The notes under the pieces: generated by a model | Told to the model about the DNA's origin: nothing | Seen by the model: the letters and a program-made list of their open reading frames with translations, nothing else | Database searches by the model: none | Program-made: the position numbers and the translations under genes | In this document: positions 24,820 to 31,681 of the stretch, in pieces | Layout of the letters: every line of letters starts with the position of its first letter | How positions within the stretch are numbered: the first letter of the stretch is position 1 | Assembly (NCBI GenBank): GCA_018650165.1 | Contig: JABIGM010000051.1 | Span: 1 to 31,681 of the forward strand | Source: Methanobacteriota archaeon | Lineage (GTDB): Archaea; Thermoplasmatota; Poseidoniia; Poseidoniales; Poseidoniaceae | Reading direction: 5' to 3' | DNA length: 31,681 nucleotides

Positions 24820-26179
24820 CGAGGTAACCATCGACCCGTGGGGTTCCTCACAATCTACAGATTACTCTAGAATCATCGAACAATTTGGGTTATCTTCAAT
24901 GGACAGTGTATCGATTACGGACCCATCTCGCCTACATCGTAGGGGGATTGTTTTCGCACATAGGGAACTAGATATGATTCTCGAAGCAAAGCGACTTTCC
25001 AATCCATTTGGAGTATTAACCGGATTAATGCCATCCGGTTCTATGCATATGGGCCATTCTATGGTAATTGACCAAGTGAATTGGTTCCAACAACAGGGCG
25101 GAGATGTGACTATTGCTGTAGCCGATTTAGAATCTACAGCAACACGTGGAATTTCATTGGCTGAAGGTCGCAGAATTGCTACGGAAGAATATGTTTCATA
25201 TTACGCAGCACTTGGCTTAGATCCTGAGAAGACCAATGTGTACTTCCAATCCGAGCGTAATATTGTTCAGCGTTTAGGTTTCCAACTAGGAAAGCGAACA
25301 AATCTTTCGGAATTTGAAGCGATATACGGATTTGATGGAGCTACCAATCTAGCGCATGTCCAAGCACCACTAGTGCAAGCTGGCGATATCTTACATCCTC
25401 AATTGGAAGAATACGGTGGTCTACGGCCCATTGTTGTACCAGTGGGTGTAGACCAAGACCCGCATCTGCGGCTGACTAGAGGGCTAGCGGCCAAGACCAA
25501 TTGGTTTAATGTCAGTAATGCGAAAATGGGGTTACAAATTGGAGTTTCAGTCCAAGAAGAAAATTCAGTAATAATGGGTGTTGAATCAAATGGGCGAGTA
25601 AACAAGGAACGCCAAAAAGAAGTTTTTGCTAAGATTGTTAATGCTATTTCGAATCTTGGATTTTCAGATATAATTTCGAATCCAAAGCATGGTACTGTCC
25701 ATATTCCAAGCGCAACACCACGTGACAAGGGGTCACTCAGAATGGCACTTTTGTCGTTAGAAAGGAGTATGGGTGGGATGGGATTACTTGCCCCATCCAG
25801 TACATATCACCGATTTGCAGTAGGAATGACTGGCGATAAAATGTCTTCCTCAAAACCAAAGACGACACTCTTCCTTTCCGATGATGCCGCAACAGCAGAA
25901 AAGAAAATCAAAAAATCATTTTCAGGTGGCCAGGCTACCGTGGAAGAACATCGCAGGCTTGGTGGAAACCCCGACAAGGATGTTGCTTACCAATACATGA
26001 TGTATTTCTTTGAAGAGGACGATGCCTTCTTAGCAGAAATTAATGAGGGCTACCGTTCAGGTAAAATTCTAGCAGGAGAAATGAAACAGATGTGCATTGA
26101 AAGAGCTACTGAGTGGCTAACAAATCTCTCGGAAAAGAAAGATGAAACCTCCCACTTGGTCGCAAACTTCTTTGAATAA
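24812..26179 (+). CDS. trpS: Tryptophanyl-tRNA synthetase (archaeal type) with an internal insertion
   Basis: IDPW, TGLMPSGSMHMGH (HIGH), PVGVDQDPH, KMSSS, FSGGQ..EEHRRLGGNP and GEMK. Confidence 0.95.
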   Translation: MNDEVTIDPWGSSQSTDYSRIIEQFGLSSMDSVSITDPSRLHRRGIVFAHRELDMILEAKRLSNPFGVLTGLMPSGSMHMGHSMVIDQVNWFQQQGGDVTIAVADLESTATRGISLAEGRRIATEEYVSYYAALGLDPEKTNVYFQSERNIVQRLGFQLGKRTNLSEFEAIYGFDGATNLAHVQAPLVQAGDILHPQLEEYGGLRPIVVPVGVDQDPHLRLTRGLAAKTNWFNVSNAKMGLQIGVSVQEENSVIMGVESNGRVNKERQKEVFAKIVNAISNLGFSDIISNPKHGTVHIPSATPRDKGSLRMALLSLERSMGGMGLLAPSSTYHRFAVGMTGDKMSSSKPKTTLFLSDDAATAEKKIKKSFSGGQATVEEHRRLGGNPDKDVAYQYMMYFFEEDDAFLAEINEGYRSGKILAGEMKQMCIERATEWLTNLSEKKDETSHLVANFFE

Positions 26180-28084
26180 TCACGACAAGCGAATAGTCTC
26201 GAGATTCTGTGGAGCATAGGTTCGAACCTTGAATTTCTCACGCAATGTTCTTCCTAATTCATTGCACTTGAAATAATCACCATGGTGGCAGATGACATTC
26301 TTTGGTCGGGGACTCATGTGTTCAATGAATTCCAGTAGTTGTCGTCTGTCGGAGTGGCCACTAAATCCATCAATTGTTGCCATCTCACAACCGATTTTTA
26401 CGATTTCAGTTTTCCCATTGATGACCATTGGGACTTCACTGAACCCTTTCTGCAAGCGTCTTCCAAGTGTTCCTTCTGCCTGATATCCTACAAAACATAG
26501 TGAATTTCGCTCTTCGTGTGCCCAGTGCTGGAAGTAATTCATCACAGGTCCACCATTCATCATTCCACTAGTTGCTAGCACGATACAGGGGCTGCCATCC
26601 ATAATGATGGATTCACGCATTTCGCGTCCACGAACCGGGCGGAACCATTCGCTAGTAAATGGGTTGTTACCATCATCTGTAAGCAGGCTTTTTCTAAGAG
26701 CCTGAGTTAGATAATTAGGGTGAGACGAATGAATTGCAGTTGCCTCTTGAATCATTCCATCAAGATAAACAGGAACCGGTTTTACGGAACCTGATCTAAA
26801 TAATTCATCAATTGCAATCATCACTTCTTGTGAGCGACCAACAGCGAAAACTGGACAAATCATTTTCCCACCACGCTGGATAGTTCGACTTACAATATCC
26901 TGTAATTCTTGATTGGCTTCTTCTCTACTTGGCTGAAAATCACCAGATGCGCCATAGGTTGACTCAATTACGAGTGTTTCACAGCGTGGGAATCGAGTAT
27001 TAGCTGCATCGAAGAGCCATGATTTCTCATATTTTTGGTCTCCCGAGAATACAATGTTGTGCTTTCCATCTCCAACATGTAAGTGAACAGAGGATGAACC
27101 TAGAATATGTCCGGCATTGTGGAAAGTCAATTTTACATCAGGGGTAATATCGACAGTTTGTCCCCAGTCCACATCAACTACATGGCGCATACAAGTGCGG
27201 ATATCTTCCATGTCATAGGGTGCCCTTTTTCCTTCAGAACCACCCACTTTCAGATAATCAGATTGCAGTAATAGCATCATATCTCTGGTTGGCGGAGTAC
27301 AATACACCGGGCCGCGATATCCATAGCGGAATAGTACTGGTAACATACCCGCATGGTCTAGGTGGGCATGGGTTAGAACGACCGCATCTAATTTTTCCAT
27401 AGGTAGGGCCTCAGGTGCAGTAAAGTAAGGCATTGGGTCAGTATCAGATGCAATATTGACACCAACATCGATCATTACACGGCTTTCATTGGTTGTCACG
27501 AGGTGGCAAGCTCGACCTACTTCGCGGTATGAACCAAGTGCAGTGGTCCTTACCCAAAATGAGCCAGGGCGTTGTGGTCTGTAAATATTCAAACCAAAGT
27601 CCTTGAGCAATTTTTTACGTTCTGCCGCATGTGTAGCACGGTATCCTCGGATATCATGCACAGTCTTTGAGTGAATTGGGGGTGTACGCTCAAATGATAC
27701 TAGCCATCCACATTCATCCCTAATCGCCTTGGCGTTAACTCCGCGACGACCAACAGCTTCCCCAGGGTTATTACAAATTACAGTAACTTCACAATAGCAT
27801 GCGTCAAAATAAATCGAATCTATACCTGCACTTTCGTCAAGAAGTTCTCGGATGAACAATTCTGTATCTTTTTCATCTTTCATAATAGAAGCATGAGGTC
27901 TCAGAACAATACGTCTTTTGATTTTCTTAGCAATTTTACCAACTAGGCCATCTCCTCCACCAAAAACATCTGGTGTAGGTGTGATTATTGCAATATCTCC
28001 GGCCTCTAGGTCGACATCATAGGTGACACCTTTAGGGACGATTTTTGCTATTTGGTCTTTCATTTCTTTGAAACTAAGTCTCAT
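26180..28084 (-). CDS. fttA: aCPSF1/FttA KH-domain beta-CASP ribonuclease (archaeal transcription termination factor)
   Basis: N-terminal KH domains, REVGRAC, THAHLDH, NAGHILGS, ESTYG, ATSGM and FSGHSD. ATG 28084 has a GGAGGTG SD. Confidence 0.95.
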   Translation of the reverse strand: MRLSFKEMKDQIAKIVPKGVTYDVDLEAGDIAIITPTPDVFGGGDGLVGKIAKKIKRRIVLRPHASIMKDEKDTELFIRELLDESAGIDSIYFDACYCEVTVICNNPGEAVGRRGVNAKAIRDECGWLVSFERTPPIHSKTVHDIRGYRATHAAERKKLLKDFGLNIYRPQRPGSFWVRTTALGSYREVGRACHLVTTNESRVMIDVGVNIASDTDPMPYFTAPEALPMEKLDAVVLTHAHLDHAGMLPVLFRYGYRGPVYCTPPTRDMMLLLQSDYLKVGGSEGKRAPYDMEDIRTCMRHVVDVDWGQTVDITPDVKLTFHNAGHILGSSSVHLHVGDGKHNIVFSGDQKYEKSWLFDAANTRFPRCETLVIESTYGASGDFQPSREEANQELQDIVSRTIQRGGKMICPVFAVGRSQEVMIAIDELFRSGSVKPVPVYLDGMIQEATAIHSSHPNYLTQALRKSLLTDDGNNPFTSEWFRPVRGREMRESIIMDGSPCIVLATSGMMNGGPVMNYFQHWAHEERNSLCFVGYQAEGTLGRRLQKGFSEVPMVINGKTEIVKIGCEMATIDGFSGHSDRRQLLEFIEHMSPRPKNVICHHGDYFKCNELGRTLREKFKVRTYAPQNLETIRLS

Positions 28085-28170
28085 AATATACACCTCCGTC
28101 CCACAGATTGACATGGTGAACCTCCGTTAGGAGATCCACGGGACTAACCCGCGGGTGGAGTTGGAAACAC

Positions 28171-28797
28171 TCACTTCTTGAGTGCGGCTGCGATTTCGCT
28201 CTGGTCGACTGGCACATATCCCTCTTCCGCATCAATTACTGCAAGGTCCATGCCATTTCCAGATGCAGCATCACGCTGTGCGGAAGCAGAAAGTGCCCTT
28301 GCAGCAAGTGCAACAGCCTCTTTTCTAGTCATATTTTCAGAGAAGCCATCTTCGAGTACACCATACATGTATGGTGAGCCTGAACCGGTTGCACAATAAG
28401 AATCAGGAATTGAGCCACCTGCTGAATCGATTGAGTAGACTGAACCGCCTTCACTGTCGACTCCAACTATCAATAATTGAACCCAATGAGGGCGTCCCGA
28501 AAGAATGTTAGCAGTAAGTGTTGCAGCTCCACGAACGGTCATGGGGTCTCCTCTTCGTAACTCAAAGAGTGATACTTCTGCAGCTAGGGTGCGTGCAAGA
28601 GATTGAGCATGACCAACTAAACCTGCAGTTGTTAATGCAAGGTTTCCACCTATTTTGAATAACTTCTGGACACTCTTATTGGCAACAAAGTGACCCATTG
28701 TTGCTCTGTGGTCTGCACCAACAACAACACCACCTTTGAAGGTAATGCCAATGGTACTCGTTCCTGTTTTAACTACGCCGGGACCGTCTTCGCTCAT
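28171..28797 (-). CDS. psmB: Proteasome subunit beta
   Basis: Propeptide ..KTG|TSTIG with catalytic Thr1, ADHRATMG, K33, ATGSGS and RDAASG. It lies next to aCPSF1, as in many archaea. Confidence 0.96.
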   Translation of the reverse strand: MSEDGPGVVKTGTSTIGITFKGGVVVGADHRATMGHFVANKSVQKLFKIGGNLALTTAGLVGHAQSLARTLAAEVSLFELRRGDPMTVRGAATLTANILSGRPHWVQLLIVGVDSEGGSVYSIDSAGGSIPDSYCATGSGSPYMYGVLEDGFSENMTRKEAVALAARALSASAQRDAASGNGMDLAVIDAEEGYVPVDQSEIAAALKK

Positions 28798-28885
28798 ATT
28801 GACACCTCACTGAAGCCCGCAGATTGGCGGGATATTACCTCCGTCTCGCGGGACCCTTATCAACCAACCGTCACACCATGCAATC

Positions 28886-29350
28886 ATGAGCGAGGAGTCC
28901 GACAAGCAGACATCGCTCGATGCCTTTAGCGGACCGGGTCCGCGGAAGTTGAATTTACCCTCTCAAAGTAACACGATTACATCGACTAGTTCATCACCAC
29001 CCACTAGGTACCACGATATGGGTAAATTATATCCAAACGCACCAGTCCCTAAGGTATCCGATGGACTGGTAATACATCGTGCAACTTTACATGACGTAAC
29101 AGGAACTGCGCAACTATTAGATTGGTTAGCCGATGGTGAAGCGGTGATTGTCAGAATGGAACGTTTGATGGGTAGAGATCTTGAATTACAAACCGCTATC
29201 GAGAGGCTAAATCAGTTTATAGAAGGTGATCTTGGAGGTCAAATAATCAAATTAACCGACTCTAGATTAATGCTCTTACCTCCTGGTTGCCGTGGAGTTA
29301 GAGGCTTAGATGCTGAAGCATTCGCCGTAGATTCTTCTGATTTGAGGTGA
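28886..29350 (+). CDS. sepF: Cell division protein SepF
   Basis: Disordered N-terminus, then GEAVIV..AIERL..GGQII..LMLLPPG core. It lies next to ZPR1, the conserved archaeal pairing. Confidence 0.8.
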   Translation: MSEESDKQTSLDAFSGPGPRKLNLPSQSNTITSTSSSPPTRYHDMGKLYPNAPVPKVSDGLVIHRATLHDVTGTAQLLDWLADGEAVIVRMERLMGRDLELQTAIERLNQFIEGDLGGQIIKLTDSRLMLLPPGCRGVRGLDAEAFAVDSSDLR

Positions 29351-29354
29351 TTCA

Positions 29355-29963
29355 ATGGAAGAAGTAGTTGTAGAGATTCCTTGTCCCATTTGTTTTGAAG
29401 AAGGTCAAGTCCGAATGGCGACCCATATTGATGAAATACCGTACTTTGGAGAGCACACACAAGTTACGGTGATTTGCCATGCATGCGGTTGGCGTCAATC
29501 GGATTTCATTCCAGCAGATGGTGCAAAGCCTGGTTGCAGTAAAATTGTAATCAGTAAACCAGAGCACATTTCTGCTCGCGTAGTCCGTTCTTCATCTTGC
29601 ACAGTTCGAATCATTGAACTTGACCTAGAGGTCAAGCCAGGAACCGCATCGACAGGTTATGTTTCCAATGTAGAAGGAGTGATAAATCGATTTATGGAAA
29701 TCATAGTCATGGTTACACGTCAGGCATATGTGGATGATGCTGACGGTTCTGACCTCAAGACACTACAAGAAATGCATACAACATTATTGGAGTTGAAAGA
29801 AGACCCAATTCCAAGACCCATTACGCTTGAATTGCTCGACCCGAGAGGGCATTCGCAGATCCTCCATGAAGATGCAGAGTTTAGAGATTTAAGTCCAGGA
29901 GAAGTTGAGGATTTGCCACTTGGTCCAGAGGCTGCAGTAATCAGCAAAGACGACCTTTCATAA
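29355..29963 (+). CDS. ZPR1 zinc-finger domain protein
   Basis: CPIC..IPYFGE..CHACGWR, RVVRSS, PG..GYVSNVEGV and LLDPRGHS. Confidence 0.92.
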   Translation: MEEVVVEIPCPICFEEGQVRMATHIDEIPYFGEHTQVTVICHACGWRQSDFIPADGAKPGCSKIVISKPEHISARVVRSSSCTVRIIELDLEVKPGTASTGYVSNVEGVINRFMEIIVMVTRQAYVDDADGSDLKTLQEMHTTLLELKEDPIPRPITLELLDPRGHSQILHEDAEFRDLSPGEVEDLPLGPEAAVISKDDLS

Positions 29964-30269
29964 TTACATAATTGGTAACTCAAAACCTGAAGTATTTGGG
30001 TCAGGTAGGTCTTCAGGCGACTGTTCTATAAAACCATCATTGCTATTAGTTTTGATAGAGAGGGGCGTACTTCCACTCTCCTTTTCTTTACTAACAGTTA
30101 GCATTGAGAAGGATAGAATTCCAAGTATGACTGAGAGCAATATGGCCATGGGAATTATCCACCCAGTTCCCTGAGTTGCGGATACTCCAGCGGCAGCAGC
30201 AATCATGGCTGCTGCTCCAAGCAATAGTATACCCCGCGAATTGCTTGCCACACCTGTGTCTGCGACCAC
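29964..30269 (-). CDS. Small membrane protein, two TM helices
   Basis: Two hydrophobic segments. Its stop abuts the ZPR1 stop and it fills the gap without overlap. Confidence 0.6.
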   Translation of the reverse strand: MVADTGVASNSRGILLLGAAAMIAAAAGVSATQGTGWIIPMAILLSVILGILSFSMLTVSKEKESGSTPLSIKTNSNDGFIEQSPEDLPDPNTSGFELPIM

Positions 30270-30304
30270 GGTCTTGATGAACCTAGCCCACTCTGGACCA
30301 AATT

Positions 30305-30985
30305 ATGTTCAGTTCTGGCGGTACACCGGCTGCTCCGGCAGCAGCATGTCCTGGTTGGCTAATGACAGCAGTTGCTCCATGGGGAGAAAATGCCGAAGAT
30401 GCTTATGATCAGGGATTAGTAGAAATGGGTCTTGGAGACTCACGATTGATTGAGGTTCAAGGGGCGTTCCTTCCTATGGGTTTTGAGGCAACACCACCTA
30501 AGGCTCTCCCTATGGGTTCACTTGTAGAATGCCACTTAGCAACCGCGTTTTCTTACAATGGTTCGAGTGCCTGTGCAGGGGTAGCATGGGCTGCTTGTAC
30601 AACACCAGAGGGCGAAGTATGTGCGATAGTAGCAAAAATTTCTACCGAACTAGACTATGAAGAAACCGAGGCATTACTCAAGCGTAACTTGCAAAGAAGA
30701 TTGGCCAGTAGAGACCTTGAAGTTCAATCTTTTGATGTCGCTGTCGATGAAGTAACCGCTGCCCAAGATCACTATGGGGTAGCGATGGCAGCACTAATTC
30801 TTCCGGAATCCTTGCGAATGTCAGGTGGCGGTAATGTTGGACGTGTTCGCTCTGGTCTAACCCGCCAAGCAACTGAGGCCATGGCTGATGCATCTCGAAG
30901 AGTCGACACCAAAGCTCCAGCGGCTCCGGCAATGCGTCCAGGAAGTAGAAGGCCGACTGATGGAAATACTGATTTCTCATTGTGA
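30305..30985 (+). CDS. Pyruvoyl-dependent arginine decarboxylase (PdaD)-like protein lacking the self-cleavage serine
   Basis: AYDQGLVEMGLGDSRLIEVQGAFLP and LPMGSLVECHLA..AGVAWA..RD follow the PdaD pattern (FDxAL..AGIGNxNLxxxSSIxP..LxxGSxx..A). The SS is replaced by QG. Confidence 0.62.
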   Translation: MFSSGGTPAAPAAACPGWLMTAVAPWGENAEDAYDQGLVEMGLGDSRLIEVQGAFLPMGFEATPPKALPMGSLVECHLATAFSYNGSSACAGVAWAACTTPEGEVCAIVAKISTELDYEETEALLKRNLQRRLASRDLEVQSFDVAVDEVTAAQDHYGVAMAALILPESLRMSGGGNVGRVRSGLTRQATEAMADASRRVDTKAPAAPAMRPGSRRPTDGNTDFSL

Positions 30986-30994
30986 GGCGAGTTC

Positions 30995-31411
30995 GTGTAT
31001 ACAGTTGTGCGCTGTCCGAGTTGTGAGCGTTGCTGGGGTATTCAGGGTAAGGCCAGTAAATGCCCGCACTGTGGTGTAAAATCTACAGATAAAATACAGA
31101 TAGTTTCAGTTGCGGATAATGCGAGTGATTTACAAAGAGAAGTAGCAATCTCCAATATGCCAGAGAAACTTCGCGATGAGATGCGTGAAAAATTACCGAA
31201 ATCGGTTGCAATCATTGAAAACCCCAGTGCTAAACTTCTCTTTGCCTGCATCAAAATCGCAGCTTTGAATGATATTGTTGACCTTGGCAGGCTCGCAGGG
31301 GCACTGCGAGGAAAAGGGATAGTAATTGATGCAGAAGACGTAGCTGAAGAGGCGGTGAGCCAAGGTTTACTCCTGCACCAGACCGATGGAACATACCTCT
31401 TTCTTCAGTGA
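30995..31411 (+). CDS. Zinc-ribbon protein with a C-terminal helical domain (DUF5817/DUF1922-like)
   Basis: YTVVRCPSC..CPHCG. GTG start with a GTGAGG SD. Confidence 0.6.
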   Translation: MYTVVRCPSCERCWGIQGKASKCPHCGVKSTDKIQIVSVADNASDLQREVAISNMPEKLRDEMREKLPKSVAIIENPSAKLLFACIKIAALNDIVDLGRLAGALRGKGIVIDAEDVAEEAVSQGLLLHQTDGTYLFLQ

Positions 31412-31447
31412 CATTCAAGAAGGGAGACATTGGCGCACGGTTTGGAA

Positions 31448-31522
31448 GGGTCTGTGGGTTAGCTTGGCCTATACTCGGGCGTTTGGGACGCTTGGACTCC
31501 AGTTCAAATCTGGACAGACCCA
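31448..31522 (+). tRNA. tRNA-Pro(UGG), intronless, CCA not encoded
   Basis: Acceptor stem GGGTCTG/CAGACCC, anticodon loop TT-TGG-GA, T-arm TCCAG-TTCAAAT-CTGGA, discriminator A. Confidence 0.95.
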
Positions 31523-31551
31523 CCTTCCACTACTAATCTGGCTGTAGGCAT

Positions 31552-31681
31552 TTATTCATCACGTGTATGAACCCAGATTAAGTGGAAACCGAATCGGGAT
31601 TTAATAAAACAATCACATTGTCCGATTTCTTGAGCCCAAACTTGCTTGGAAAACTCTTCAGCCATCTGCTTTTCGTGGAAC
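31552..31681 (-). CDS. Parvulin-type peptidyl-prolyl isomerase, C-terminal fragment; the gene enters from the right edge
   Basis: Hand translation FHEKQMAEEFSKQVWAQEIGQCDCFIKSRFGFHLIWVHTRDE* matches the parvulin QM..EF..FGxHLI motif. Confidence 0.75.
   Translation of the reverse strand, partial: FHEKQMAEEFSKQVWAQEIGQCDCFIKSRFGFHLIWVHTRDE

Noticed and set aside
28135-28159. Bulged hairpin between psmB and aCPSF1, plus CCCGC-AGATTG-GCGGG in the psmB/sepF intergenic region
   Set aside because: These are short GC stems of a kind common in these intergenic regions, with no shared loop or recognisable RNA family.
28759-28767. Proteasome beta mature N-terminus TST instead of TTT
   Set aside because: The catalytic Thr1 and the preceding Gly are intact, so this is ordinary variation.
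31251-31523. 90-aa minus-strand ORF (MGLSRFELESKRPKRPS...)
   Set aside because: It is the antisense translation of tRNA-Pro(UGG).
31448-31681. tRNA-Pro as a possible integration site
   Set aside because: No integrase and no duplicated tRNA 3' end are visible. The next gene is a housekeeping-type parvulin.

Overview
A gene-dense archaeal chromosome segment, most likely from Marine Group II Euryarchaeota (Ca. Poseidoniales). This is inferred from archaeal core genes (eS1, proteasome beta, aCPSF1/FttA, SepF-ZPR1, purP, archaeal TrpRS, tRNA-Pro) mixed with bacterial-type thyA-folA, plsC, thiolase and a 7Fe ferredoxin. No mobile element, CRISPR array or rRNA is visible. The standout is a translationally coupled minus-strand operon (5906->2145). 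It encodes a COG1340-like coiled-coil protein, a eukaryote-type Cid1/TUT4-7-like terminal nucleotidyltransferase fused to a COG1340-like coiled coil and a basic tail, a RimI/Ard1-like GNAT acetyltransferase and a Roadblock/LC7-like protein. A further COG1340 paralog follows, and a fourth lies about 5 kb away on the other strand. The transferase keeps the three catalytic Asp residues and the His equivalent to the uracil-selecting His336 of Cid1, so it is a candidate archaeal RNA-uridylation system. Other oddities: eS1 with a C-terminal SAP-like domain, a pyruvoyl arginine-decarboxylase homolog lacking its self-cleavage serine, a CARDB-TM-double zinc-ribbon protein, and recurrent intergenic hairpins and palindromes. 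All family calls come from motif recognition without database searches. Several starts were moved from the ORF track to better supported codons.
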